A stretch of DNA of 61,810 bases from Methylococcaceae bacterium (GCA_044370175.1 JBILVZ010000003.1:1-61810), one strand, 5' to 3'. Shown: positions 25,763 to 35,649, counted from the first letter of the stretch. The notes: generated by a model not told the origin, from the letters alone. Translations and numbers: made by a program.

Positions 25763-27370
25763 ATGCAAGCGCCACTCACCAATCAAGAAGTTTCTGTAAT
25801 TTGGCAGCAGTATTGTGCTATTCTCCAGCAAAACATGACCCCTGCTGTCTATAACACTTGGATTCTCTCAAATCCTGTCACAGACATTTCTTTTCCTGAC
25901 GAATCCAGGGCCCTTGTCATCATTACAAGCCCTACTGCATTCCACTCCACAAACTTAAAGAAAAACCTACACATCCAGATTAAACAGGCACTTGATACAG
26001 TTTTACAACGCTCTAGTGAAGTCCAATATCAAATTGGAGATCCTCAGAAACTCAAAGCTACTCGCAAAGAACAACAGGGATTTTCTCAAGTGATGCAGCC
26101 TCACTTAGGTACCTCATTTGTTGATCATGCTGGGGCTCCACCAGAGCAACAAACCAATGGTGGATTTACTCCGACAAGACAACCAGGTGAGCAATTTTTG
26201 CAACAAGCTAGCTATACACACACTCAACAACAACCACTACAGCCATTGACTTCAAGTCAATCTCCTCGAGTTGAAGACTTGTTTTCAGAAAGCAATCTTC
26301 TCAATGCTGCTGAAGAGCGCTATCTGATGCAAGCACGAGGGATTGGACTGAGAACAGACTATGTTTTTAATACCTTTGCGGTTTCTACCACCAATGAGAT
26401 GGCTCATGCTGCCGCCACTGCCGTATCCAATAGACCAGGACAGTCCTACAATCCACTCTTTCTCTACGGTGGGGTCGGAGTCGGGAAAACGCACCTCATG
26501 CATGCAATTGGTCACAACATTCTCCGTGCAAATCCTACAGCAAAGATTATCTACTGTACCGGCGAAGAATTTACCAACGACATCGTTCATGCTATCCAGA
26601 CAAAGAAAGCTAGCCACTTTAAAGATCGCTACCGCAGTGCCAACGTTCTATTGATTGATGATATTCAGTTTATTGCAGGTAAAAACGCTGTGCAGGAAGA
26701 GTTTTTTCATACGTTTAACGCACTTACCAAGCAGTTTAGCCAAATTGTTCTGACTTCTGATAGACCACCACATGAGATTACACTTCTAGAAGACCGTCTG
26801 AGATCACGCTTTGAAGCAGGTTTGATGATTGATATTCAGCAGCCTTCCTTTGAACTGCGTACCGCAATTGTATTAGTTAAAGCCAAAGCCCAGCAGATCT
26901 CAATTACCATTGACTTAGCCAAGATTATTGCCTCAAAAGTGGAAAGTGCCCGTAAGATTGAAGGCATTATCACCAGTATAAGATCTGAAATTGAGCTCAA
27001 GAAAAAAGAGCTTAATCAGGATTTAATTGAAGATATACTCCAGGTTGAGGTGGAGACCAAACGCCTCCGTATTAAAGTTTCACCAGCTGATGTGCTTAAA
27101 ACAGTAGCCAATCACTACCATGTCAAACAGTCATCTCTTAAAGGATCAAGTCGATTAAAAAGCCTTGTCACAGCGCGCCATGTTGCAATGTATCTTCTTA
27201 AAAAAGAACTTTCTATGCCGCTGACCGAGATTGGACGTTGGTTTGCTAGTCGAGACCACACAAGCGTGTTGCACGCAGTTAAAAAGGTGGAGAAAGAAGT
27301 GGTACTCAATGACGAGATCAGGCAAGATGTTTCTGCACTACAAATGACCTTAGCAGCAATTTCAAAGTAA
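25763..27370 (+). CDS. dnaA: Chromosomal replication initiator DnaA
   Basis: YNPLFLYGGVGVGKTHL, LLIDDIQF, LTSDRPP..LEDRLRSRFEAGL, domain IV GRWFASRDHTSVLHA. Confidence 0.98.
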   Translation: MQAPLTNQEVSVIWQQYCAILQQNMTPAVYNTWILSNPVTDISFPDESRALVIITSPTAFHSTNLKKNLHIQIKQALDTVLQRSSEVQYQIGDPQKLKATRKEQQGFSQVMQPHLGTSFVDHAGAPPEQQTNGGFTPTRQPGEQFLQQASYTHTQQQPLQPLTSSQSPRVEDLFSESNLLNAAEERYLMQARGIGLRTDYVFNTFAVSTTNEMAHAAATAVSNRPGQSYNPLFLYGGVGVGKTHLMHAIGHNILRANPTAKIIYCTGEEFTNDIVHAIQTKKASHFKDRYRSANVLLIDDIQFIAGKNAVQEEFFHTFNALTKQFSQIVLTSDRPPHEITLLEDRLRSRFEAGLMIDIQQPSFELRTAIVLVKAKAQQISITIDLAKIIASKVESARKIEGIITSIRSEIELKKKELNQDLIEDILQVEVETKRLRIKVSPADVLKTVANHYHVKQSSLKGSSRLKSLVTARHVAMYLLKKELSMPLTEIGRWFASRDHTSVLHAVKKVEKEVVLNDEIRQDVSALQMTLAAISK

Positions 27371-27718
27371 CTATTACTCCTCGTTATTTTTTAGAACACA
27401 CTATTAGTAGGTGTTATTTACCTCAAGTTATTGCAGATGACGAGGCATACACCTCAAAACTTTTCCACAAATGTGCACAACTATGTGTATAAACTGTCAG
27501 TAAGCAACTGAACAGTTTGTGCACAAAAATAGAAGAATGTTTACAACTTTGAGTTTTCAACAATTGTCTACACAGCAATCCACAGAAGTTTTCAACAAGA
27601 GGAGCTGAGTACATTTCACACATCATGCACGTTCACCTACCAGACTTAATAAGGGCAGTTTTCAACACGCAGCGGTTTCCCTACTATTACTACAACTATT
27701 TTATATATAATAGATAGT
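27371..27718. other. Replication origin oriC (DnaA-box cluster, DnaA-trios, AT-rich unwinding element)
   Basis: Boxes TTTTCCACA 27461, TGTGCACAA 27472, TGTGTATAA 27484, TTGTGCACA 27517, TTTTCAACA 27554/27589/27659, CAATCCACA 27576; trios CTACTATTACTACAACTA 27681-98; AT-run before dnaN. Confidence 0.85.
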
Positions 27719-28828
27719 ATGCAGATCATCGTGTTACAAGAAAATTTACAAAACGCACTTACGTACCTACAAAAGGCAATTCCTTCAAAACCGCAGGTAC
27801 CTATTCTCTCTTCGATCTTACTTTCTGTTAGTGAGAATGTCTGTACGTTGGGTGCAACAGATCTCTACTTCGGGGTCAAAGCTACCATAGCTGCACAGAT
27901 TGAAAAAGAAGGGCAAGTAGCAGTACCAGGAAAAGAATTTCGAGAAATAATTGGATCACTCCCCGCAGGTGAGATTCAGATGGCATTTACAGGAAACACT
28001 CTAACTATCACGACAGCACACACACACTTTTCACTTCAATGCCAAGACTGCACTGACTACCCTCAGTTTCCCCAGGTTTCTGGAGAAAAAGCTATCTTTA
28101 CTCGAAATATGGTAGAGGTTGTGTCTCAACTTGTTTTGTTTAGTACGTCTGCAGATCAAGCACGACCACTCTTGACAGGAGTGCTCTTCTCTCTTGATGC
28201 TGAAAAAACGCGAGCGGTGGCAACAGATGGCTTTAGACTCTCTGTTTGTGATTTTGCACCGCCACCTGAACAACAACCGATACAGTTTATACTGCCTTCC
28301 CGTGTCGTTTCGGAAGTCTGTCGTATCTCTGCACAAATGCAAGCTGAAACCGTGGTTTTCACTGTCTCAGAGAGCTTGAAACAAGTCTTTATTGCCTTCG
28401 ATAGCATCGAAATTTACGCACGGGTGTTGGAAGGTGAGTATCCACCATACGAAAAAATTATTCCTGCTAGTTTTACTACTCAACTCACCGTCGCAGGTGA
28501 TGAAGTCTTAGAACAGGTCAAGCGTTCAACAATTTATTCTCGAGATACCTCAAACATTGTGCAGTGCGAAGTAAGTCCTGAAAACCTTACGATCAAAGCT
28601 ACTTCCTCTGCTCTAGGAACTTTTTCTGGTGAAGTCCCGTCAGTGCAAGTTGCTGGACCAGGTGGTGTGATCGCCTTTAAAGCAAAGTATATTTTAGATT
28701 TTCTCCAAGCTGCAAAGCAGATGGAGATTCAGATGAGTATGAATGATAGCTTAAAACCCGCTCTTTTTCAAGCAAAAGAGCTCCCAGGTTTTAGATATAT
28801 AGTTATGCCATTCCGTGTTAGCAGTTAG
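27719..28828 (+). CDS. dnaN: DNA polymerase III beta clamp
   Basis: PILSSILL, LGATDL, STSADQARPLLTGV, VATDGFRLS, LEGEYPPYEKIIP, YIVMP; follows dnaA. Confidence 0.97.
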   Translation: MQIIVLQENLQNALTYLQKAIPSKPQVPILSSILLSVSENVCTLGATDLYFGVKATIAAQIEKEGQVAVPGKEFREIIGSLPAGEIQMAFTGNTLTITTAHTHFSLQCQDCTDYPQFPQVSGEKAIFTRNMVEVVSQLVLFSTSADQARPLLTGVLFSLDAEKTRAVATDGFRLSVCDFAPPPEQQPIQFILPSRVVSEVCRISAQMQAETVVFTVSESLKQVFIAFDSIEIYARVLEGEYPPYEKIIPASFTTQLTVAGDEVLEQVKRSTIYSRDTSNIVQCEVSPENLTIKATSSALGTFSGEVPSVQVAGPGGVIAFKAKYILDFLQAAKQMEIQMSMNDSLKPALFQAKELPGFRYIVMPFRVSS

Positions 28829-28851
28829 TCTGATATAATACACAACTTGTT

Positions 28852-28989
28852 ATGCCAAAACGTACTTGGAACCCAAAAAAGAAGAAACGAGCTCGCACAC
28901 ACGGCTTTCTCAAAAGAATGCAGTCTGTAGGTGGACGTAACGTTTTACGACGTCGTCGCCATAAGAGCCGCAGTAGACTTGCTGTTTAA
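28852..28989 (+). CDS. rpmH: 50S ribosomal protein L34 (not in ORF track)
   Basis: [45 protein letters not shown]. Confidence 0.97.
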   Translation: MPKRTWNPKKKKRARTHGFLKRMQSVGGRNVLRRRRHKSRSRLAV

Positions 28990-28994
28990 TTTGC

Positions 28995-29333
28995 ATGTTT
29001 CCTCGAAACTATAGACTACCGCTACGATCCATACCGGATTTTTTTGTCGAAGCTCAAAAGTTTCAATCTGGTTTTTGTACGGTTTTCTTTCGTCCTGCTG
29101 AACACCTACAATTGGTTGTTGTAGTCCCAAAGCGTGCTGTTGCTTTGTCGAGTGGTCGTAATCATATGCGCCGCATCTTCTATGCCGCCTTACTAGCCAA
29201 TCTGCGCGACATTGCAACTAAACAAGCACAAGTATGCATTGTGGTGCAACGGAATATTCCAAAAGAAAAAATCACGCAAGTAGCTACATACTTGATTAGA
29301 GATCTACAGAAACGACTACCCAGTGTACAATAG
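28995..29333 (+). CDS. rnpA: Ribonuclease P protein component
   Basis: Position after rpmH; MFPRNYRL start; VVVPKRAV..GRNHMRR is a divergent RNR motif. Confidence 0.85.
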   Translation: MFPRNYRLPLRSIPDFFVEAQKFQSGFCTVFFRPAEHLQLVVVVPKRAVALSSGRNHMRRIFYAALLANLRDIATKQAQVCIVVQRNIPKEKITQVATYLIRDLQKRLPSVQ

Positions 29334-29358
29334 CGAGTGTGATTAAAAAGGTGTGGTT

Positions 29359-29553
29359 ATGAAAATTATATGGTGGATAGTTGCTTTTTCAAAAGCACTG
29401 CGACACACAATACTCACCTCAGTATTTGGTGGTACTATCAGTCGCTGTAGGCACACCCCCACTTGTAGTCAGTACCTAATCCAAGTAATTAAACATGAGG
29501 GGATAATTACCGGAACATATAAAGGAATTTCGCGTATAATGACGTGTTACTAA
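29359..29553 (+). CDS. yidD: Membrane protein insertion efficiency factor YidD (short)
   Basis: CRHTPTCSQY..IKHEGIITG..RIMTC; lies between rnpA and yidC. Confidence 0.85.
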   Translation: MKIIWWIVAFSKALRHTILTSVFGGTISRCRHTPTCSQYLIQVIKHEGIITGTYKGISRIMTCY

Positions 29554-29563
29554 AAAAGGGGCT

Positions 29564-30322
29564 ATGCAGGCAATTTCAGACATAATCTTTACCGTTATTT
29601 TTCAGATCTATCAGTTTACTGGCAACTTAGGTATTGCCTTGATAGTGTTTACTATTCTCATTCGGCTTGCTATCTGGCCCTTAACTGCTTCATCACTCCA
29701 TGCGATGAATAATATCAAGAAGTTGCAGCCTGAGGTAGATAAACTCAAGAAAAAACATAAAGGTGACAATACTGCATTACAAAAAGCGCAAATGGAGTTG
29801 TATAAAAAATATAATGTTAACCCAATGGCTGGCTGTTTACCTCAAATCGTCCAGATTGCAATTACGTATGTTCTCTATCACGTTCTGATTAATTTCCTAA
29901 AAACCCCAGAACTCAACGGGGTGAGTATAGATCCGTTCTTTTTAGGTTTGAACCTCAATAACCCAGATCCAACCTATGTTTTACCGATTCTGGCTGGTGT
30001 AACACAACTTTTTCTCTCATTAATGATTGCTCCTGGCGCGGAGAAGCGAGATTTGGTTGCAAACGATAGTAAGAAGAAAAAAGTTCAAGAAGAAAACAAA
30101 AAAGAAGAAGATTTTGCTGAGATGGCACAATCCATGCAACAGCAGATGATCTTCATAATGCCCGTAATGATTGGTATACTAGCGGTCAACTTTCCAGCGG
30201 GGCTATCGCTCTACTGGGTAGTAACAACAATTTTTAGTATTGCTCAACAATGGCACGTATCTGGCTGGGGTGGTATTACACTCTACTACGCTCGGCTTAA
30301 AGATTTTGTAGCCAGAAAATAG
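29564..30322 (+). CDS. yidC: Membrane protein insertase YidC/Oxa1, short form
   Basis: GNLGIALIVFTILIRLAIWPL, KKLQPEVDKLKKKH, YKKYNVNPMAGCLP, FPAGLSLYWVVTTIFSIAQQ. Confidence 0.95.
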   Translation: MQAISDIIFTVIFQIYQFTGNLGIALIVFTILIRLAIWPLTASSLHAMNNIKKLQPEVDKLKKKHKGDNTALQKAQMELYKKYNVNPMAGCLPQIVQIAITYVLYHVLINFLKTPELNGVSIDPFFLGLNLNNPDPTYVLPILAGVTQLFLSLMIAPGAEKRDLVANDSKKKKVQEENKKEEDFAEMAQSMQQQMIFIMPVMIGILAVNFPAGLSLYWVVTTIFSIAQQWHVSGWGGITLYYARLKDFVARK

Positions 30323-30343
30323 AATTGCAGAAAGGACGTATTT

Positions 30344-30808
30344 ATGACAATCGATAGTTTTGTCAAACAACTGTGTGAACACTGTGGAGTAGATCCTACT
30401 ACTCTTGAGGTGCAACTAGATGATCAAGGAGAAATGGTAGAGGTGACGCTGAGCTTACCAGAAGAAGACTCAGGACGGTTTATTGGTTTTCATGGGGAGA
30501 CACTCGAATCTATGCAACGGATCGTGCGTATTATCTTTTCAAGTGAGTATCCAGAAAAGAAGATTCTGCTCAACATCAATAATTATCGTCAAGAACGTGC
30601 AGAAAAACTGCAAGAGCTCACCCAAACTGCTGCTGCACGAGTTTTGCAAACAGGTCAGTCGTATATATTTCAATCGTATTTACCTGCACATGAGCGTTTT
30701 ATCATCCACTCCACATTGAGTGAACTACCAGACAGTGAAAAACTGGAAAGTGTTTCTGAAGGTGATGGCAAAGATCGCCGCTTGAGTATACGCTTAAAGG
30801 GCGAATAA
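30344..30808 (+). CDS. jag: Jag/KhpB/EloR KH-R3H RNA-binding protein (no N-terminal Jag domain)
   Basis: KH: GRFIGFHGETLESMQ..LNINNYRQER; R3H: ERFIIHSTL..SEGDGKDRR. Confidence 0.88.
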   Translation: MTIDSFVKQLCEHCGVDPTTLEVQLDDQGEMVEVTLSLPEEDSGRFIGFHGETLESMQRIVRIIFSSEYPEKKILLNINNYRQERAEKLQELTQTAAARVLQTGQSYIFQSYLPAHERFIIHSTLSELPDSEKLESVSEGDGKDRRLSIRLKGE

Positions 30809-30813
30809 CTACT

Positions 30814-31230
30814 ATGCAACTAGAAATTTTCACGGATGGTGGCTCTCGGGGTAATCCAGGAGAAGCTGCCATTGGTGTGGTAGTGCGTGAGGGTGATACT
30901 ATTCTCTATGAATCAGGCAAAACTATTGGAATTGCCACTAATAATGAAGCTGAGTACCAAGCAATTCTCCACTCTCTTTTCTGGCTTGAGTCGCAAAAGC
31001 AGGTGTGTGCAACCTCAACTATAACCTGGAAGCTCGATTCAAAACTAGTAGTTGAGCAATTGAGTAAGCGCTGGAAAATTAAAGAACCACGGATGCTCAC
31101 CTTTGCGCAACAAGCATGGAAATTACTTGAAAAAATTGGTTTATCGTATAAAATAAAACACATTCCCAGAGAAGAAAACTCCCACGCTGATGCATTAGTA
31201 AATCAAGCATTGGATGCAGCAAAAGTTTAA
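30814..31230 (+). CDS. rnhA: Ribonuclease HI family protein
   Basis: FTDGGSRGNPG, ATNNEAEY, DSKLVVEQ, HIPREENSHADALVNQALD. Confidence 0.92.
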   Translation: MQLEIFTDGGSRGNPGEAAIGVVVREGDTILYESGKTIGIATNNEAEYQAILHSLFWLESQKQVCATSTITWKLDSKLVVEQLSKRWKIKEPRMLTFAQQAWKLLEKIGLSYKIKHIPREENSHADALVNQALDAAKV

Positions 31231-31288
31231 ACAGCTATCTTTGAACTGTACGTAGTCACAAAACTTCCATACAATAGAGTCGTTTAGT

Positions 31289-34288
31289 ATGCTCGAACAG
31301 CGACTCACCACTGAATTTTATGAAGATACCCTTGCGGTTGTTATATTTGACACGGTTGGGTGTTTTTCGGAGCCACTTTCTGCGGAGCTACTGGGTAAGA
31401 ATATTGAAGTTGTAGAGCTTCCACTAGAAAATTTAGATAACCTCCAAATACAGCAAGTACTTGAACAGTCATATAAAATACTCGTTATTCTCTCTCCAGC
31501 TCAGTATCAAGAAAACTACAAACAGCAGCTCCTCAAACTGCAACTATTTCAAGATAAAGTGACGGTGTTGCTGCCTGTACTAAGTGGACTCTCAGAGCAA
31601 GTTGCTGGTGAAATCCCCTATCTCGCTCACTACCTAACCTCTCAGAGTGTATTGATTAAGGCTTGTAATGAGCTCTTACCGCAATCAACCTTTATTTTTG
31701 GTCAAGATACCTTATTACCACCTGAATATACCTCCTTGTTTGCTATTTTTTGTCAGTATATCCAAAAAGGGTTTATCTTTGCTCCCAACACGCTCATTAC
31801 CCCTCACACAGTAGCTGAATTTTGTGAACGGGCTGTTCGTGAGTTACTACGTCCGCACCGATCAAGTGTCTCCATTAAAGGCAGAACTAAATATGCCTTT
31901 AAACTCCTGGAAAAGGTAGCGCTTCAGTATGAAAATTATTATTTTTGCCAAGTTGCAATGCAAAAGGTAGAAGCAGTTGAAGTTGAAACACTGCCCTTTA
32001 CCGTTCGGGATAGTGTCATCCTCACCGACGAGGAAAGTGGTACTTTATGGTTTTCTAGACAACTCCCCTCGCCTGAACAACCACCTTTTTTTGTTGCGCA
32101 AAAGCTTTCTTTCCTAGAAGATCAACCAAGTTCTCAAACCGTGTATGATGCAAAAACTCCTGCGCTACTTCCTCCATTACCAAAATATGATCCGTCTCTC
32201 TACAAGGAAAAAACACTTTTGTTTAAACAAGGGGGGGCAGAACCAGCTCCATCAAGAAACGAGCCTACCTATATCGAACAGACCACACATATTCAATCTA
32301 TAGAAACTGTGCTGGTACAATCGCCACGGCAAGACACTATTCTCGATGAGTTTAATGTTTCTTCTGAAATTCAGCGTATTTTTACTACAACACGACAAGA
32401 ACAAAAAACTGAGCGAGTTCAACAACTAGTGCAAGAAAAAAAGACACTGATAAGAAAGTCAAAAAAGAAAACGATGCTGTTTTATGGTGGTTTGTTGTTT
32501 GTGAGTTTTGGTGGATTAGTTGTTGTTTTACTGCTCATGTTTGTAGCCTCAACAGCGATCTTGCATTCGCAAGTGCAAACACAGTTGACTACATCTTTGG
32601 AAAACAGTGCTATTCCACAGAGAACAAGCTGGATAAGCAAGTTTGTATCTTGGCAGGCAAATTTCTATAGCACTATTCTAGAAGTGCCTCAGCTTGAAGA
32701 TGCAAAAAAATTAGTTTTGGTAGAGCAGCAGGTAGCTACTATAGCCGCTACTGATTTACAAAGCGCTGAAAGCCTTAAAAGACTCTATGGGACTGTACTG
32801 GGAACAACTACTGGTGATGTAGCTCAACTCACCGAAAATATAGGTTCTCAAACGCTCTCAGCCTATGAAGCAGCTGCACAAGTAGAACAATCTTTACTGA
32901 AAATGACCTTTACTGATGAAACAGTTACCACAAAAATCCTGGAAAGCTATCAAAAAAAAGTGGTACAACTCAAGAGGCATCTGGGGGTTACGCAACAGCT
33001 GCTACCGATTTTAGAAATAGTCTTTGGCGTACAAGGACGACGTAGTTATGCGCTACTTCTACAAAATAACCAAGAACTACGACCAACTGGTGGTTTTCTT
33101 GATGCTATTGCTATTGTGACTTTTGAAAATGGGACGTTGGTAGACTCACAAGTCTATAGCAGTTATGAGTTGGATAAACGAATGTCAGGAACTGTGGCTG
33201 CACCTGCAGAAATCACCAAAGCATTAGGACAGAAAACATTTTCAATATATGATGCCAACTGGAGTCCTGACTTCCCTACTAGTGCTGCAACGATCGTGTG
33301 GTTCTTAGAAAAAATTCTTGCTCAAAGTATTGATGGCGTGTTGGCTATAGATAGCTACGGTATGCAGAATATTATTGAAGCAATGGGACCTTTAGAGTTG
33401 CCTGAATATAATGAGGTTATTACTAGTAAAAACCTCCTCGAGCGCCTCGAGTTTCATTCTGAAGTGGTACTGGTTGAAACGGAAAAGAATCACGACTATC
33501 GCAAAGTGCTTTTTTCACATCTCTTGGATAAGGTAGTACAGTTGCCGCCTGAAAAAGTTACTCCAGTATTAGCTGCTCTTCAAGAAAACTTCACTACAAA
33601 AGCTACAATGCTAGCTTTTTCAGATGCATCTGAAACCCAAATAGTCAAAAACTTGGGGTGGTCTGGGGCACAACTTATACCACGTTGTCCATCTGAGTTC
33701 TCAAATAAAGAATGTTTTATAGACCATCTCATGCAGGTTGAAGCAAATGTTGGGGTCAATAAAGCTAATTACTACCTCAAACGAGCCGTTAGACACACCA
33801 TTTTTGTCTCCCCTACCCAAGCTGATCACACACAACTCATTACATTTGAGAACACAGCGCAGCTTGATGCTTGGCCGAAAGGAAGTTATCGCAACTACGT
33901 GCGTTTCTTTATCCCCTCCACTGCTACCAATATTCAAGTTTCTGTTGCTGATCAAATTATCCCAGAAACCCAGATCACTCGTGCTCAAGAAAAAGAGTTC
34001 CTTAGTATTGGCTTTTTATTAGAAGTCCCCATTACAACGACAAAACAAGTCTCTATTACCTACAGCACTCCGTTTGCAACAGCAGAAAAGAGCTTTTCGT
34101 ATGTCTTTTTTAATAATGAACAACCAGGCAATGGTGAAACCCCCTACTCTTTACAGATTATTCCGGTAGCTGGTTTACTACCTGTGGTGGTAGCACCGCA
34201 GGCTGAAATTACACCTGCCGGCATTACTTTTACCCGATCCAACGATGAAAGCAGTCTGTACGCAGTCGAATTTACTCAAGCAAAATAA
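31289..34288 (+). CDS. DUF4012 domain membrane protein with large cytoplasmic N-terminus
   Basis: TM at ~aa 398-425; YALLLQNNQELRPTGGF, DANWSPDFPTSA, EANVGVNKAN, YRNYVRFFIP. Confidence 0.85.
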   Translation: MLEQRLTTEFYEDTLAVVIFDTVGCFSEPLSAELLGKNIEVVELPLENLDNLQIQQVLEQSYKILVILSPAQYQENYKQQLLKLQLFQDKVTVLLPVLSGLSEQVAGEIPYLAHYLTSQSVLIKACNELLPQSTFIFGQDTLLPPEYTSLFAIFCQYIQKGFIFAPNTLITPHTVAEFCERAVRELLRPHRSSVSIKGRTKYAFKLLEKVALQYENYYFCQVAMQKVEAVEVETLPFTVRDSVILTDEESGTLWFSRQLPSPEQPPFFVAQKLSFLEDQPSSQTVYDAKTPALLPPLPKYDPSLYKEKTLLFKQGGAEPAPSRNEPTYIEQTTHIQSIETVLVQSPRQDTILDEFNVSSEIQRIFTTTRQEQKTERVQQLVQEKKTLIRKSKKKTMLFYGGLLFVSFGGLVVVLLLMFVASTAILHSQVQTQLTTSLENSAIPQRTSWISKFVSWQANFYSTILEVPQLEDAKKLVLVEQQVATIAATDLQSAESLKRLYGTVLGTTTGDVAQLTENIGSQTLSAYEAAAQVEQSLLKMTFTDETVTTKILESYQKKVVQLKRHLGVTQQLLPILEIVFGVQGRRSYALLLQNNQELRPTGGFLDAIAIVTFENGTLVDSQVYSSYELDKRMSGTVAAPAEITKALGQKTFSIYDANWSPDFPTSAATIVWFLEKILAQSIDGVLAIDSYGMQNIIEAMGPLELPEYNEVITSKNLLERLEFHSEVVLVETEKNHDYRKVLFSHLLDKVVQLPPEKVTPVLAALQENFTTKATMLAFSDASETQIVKNLGWSGAQLIPRCPSEFSNKECFIDHLMQVEANVGVNKANYYLKRAVRHTIFVSPTQADHTQLITFENTAQLDAWPKGSYRNYVRFFIPSTATNIQVSVADQIIPETQITRAQEKEFLSIGFLLEVPITTTKQVSITYSTPFATAEKSFSYVFFNNEQPGNGETPYSLQIIPVAGLLPVVVAPQAEITPAGITFTRSNDESSLYAVEFTQAK

Positions 34289-34385
34289 AAAAATCTTGGT
34301 ATACTATATCCCTTGTAACAGTAACTAGCAGGTAAATGCATAAAAATTTATAAAATCAATACATATTTTTTATGTATAAACATTT

Positions 34386-35057
34386 ATGACAAAATCAAAA
34401 AAGACGGTTTTACACGTGACTTCAAGAGATCTTTTTGGTAAAAAAAGTAAGCAACTACGTCAAAAGGGATTAATCCCTGCCAACGTATATGGACTGCAAG
34501 AAGAATCTGAAAAAATCGAGTTACTCTTGAGTAGTTTTAATCGAGTTATTGCTGAACAAGGGGATACAACACTTTTATATCTGCAAGTAGGTTCTGACAA
34601 AGAAATCCCAACCCTGATTAGCGAGATTCAATACAATCCAATCACAGGCACACCAACACATGTGGCGTTTAAGCGTGTTAATCTCAAGGTTAAAGTCACT
34701 GCTGAGATTCCCGTCGAAACGGTTGGTACTGCAGAAATTGCCGGTGCGACAATTGTTTTAACCCGCAATGTACTCGAAGTAGAGGCCTTACCAGCTGATT
34801 TACCAGAAGTCTTTGAGGTTGATATCTCAAGTCTCACGCAAGTAGGGCAGACACTCCACCTCTCAGATGTCAGTTATGATCGAGAAAAAGTGAAGGTGAT
34901 GTTATCTGAAGAAGAGCTAGAAGCCCCAATAGTTTTGGTCCAAGAAGTAAAGGAAGAAGTAGTTGAAACCCCAGCAGAGACTCCAGAAGGTGCTGCAGAT
35001 GCAACCACCCCAGCTGTAGAAGGTGAATCAGCGGCTTCTGAAGAAAAGAAAGAATAA
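34386..35057 (+). CDS. rplY: 50S ribosomal protein L25/Ctc
   Basis: RDLFGKKSKQLRQKGLIPANVYG, IQYNPITGTPTHVAF, LEVEALPADLPEVFEVDIS; acidic tail. Confidence 0.95.
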   Translation: MTKSKKTVLHVTSRDLFGKKSKQLRQKGLIPANVYGLQEESEKIELLLSSFNRVIAEQGDTTLLYLQVGSDKEIPTLISEIQYNPITGTPTHVAFKRVNLKVKVTAEIPVETVGTAEIAGATIVLTRNVLEVEALPADLPEVFEVDISSLTQVGQTLHLSDVSYDREKVKVMLSEEELEAPIVLVQEVKEEVVETPAETPEGAADATTPAVEGESAASEEKKE

Positions 35058-35077
35058 TTTTTACTAGAGTAATTGAG

Positions 35078-35106
35078 AAGGCCTCCTGAAACCAGGAGGC
35101 CTTTTT
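35078..35106 (+). terminator. Intrinsic terminator after rplY
   Basis: AAGGCCTCCTG-AAAC-CAGGAGGCCTT followed by TTT. Confidence 0.85.
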
Positions 35107-35184
35107 GTATCTGACGTAGGAAGCACTCCAGGTGTGGGTATAGATTGTTAGAAGGTACTGATATCGAGTTTTTTTAAGGGCAGA

Positions 35185-35604
35185 TTATTGGTTAAAAATT
35201 GGATTGTTGGGGTCGAGTTTCTGAGCAGCTTCCCAGGTAAGATATGATTCCCGCTGGTTTTGTAGTGCTTTTTGCAGAAGAGAAATATTGAGTAAGACAG
35301 CTGTGTGTTGTGGTTGTAATTCGAGGATTCTTTGTTGTTTCTTAAGTTCAATTTCTAGGGTCTGCCGTGTGAAGTTTTGAGAGTAGTGGGGCACTGCGCT
35401 AGTGAGTGAAACAGATATGATTTTTTCTGCCGCAACCTGTTGTATGGTGATTAAATAACTATGTATACCACCAAAAATGAGTAGTCCAAGTATGGCTAAA
35501 CTCCAGATCAGTGGGCGGATATGTTGTACGTACATAGTCGCTAAATCAGCGACAAATAAACAGAGGTATATGAGCAACCGAATCCGGATAATTACTAGAG
35601 ACAT
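35185..35604 (-). CDS. Small membrane protein with C-terminal TPR-like motif
   Basis: Hydrophobic N-terminus; QPQHTAVLLNISLL..WEAAQKLDPNN; TATAAT 6 nt before ATG 35604. Confidence 0.65.
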   Translation of the reverse strand: MSLVIIRIRLLIYLCLFVADLATMYVQHIRPLIWSLAILGLLIFGGIHSYLITIQQVAAEKIISVSLTSAVPHYSQNFTRQTLEIELKKQQRILELQPQHTAVLLNISLLQKALQNQRESYLTWEAAQKLDPNNPIFNQ

Positions 35605-35649
35605 ACCTTCATTATAGGCAGTTACAGAGGAGGAGAGAAGAGGACTTTT

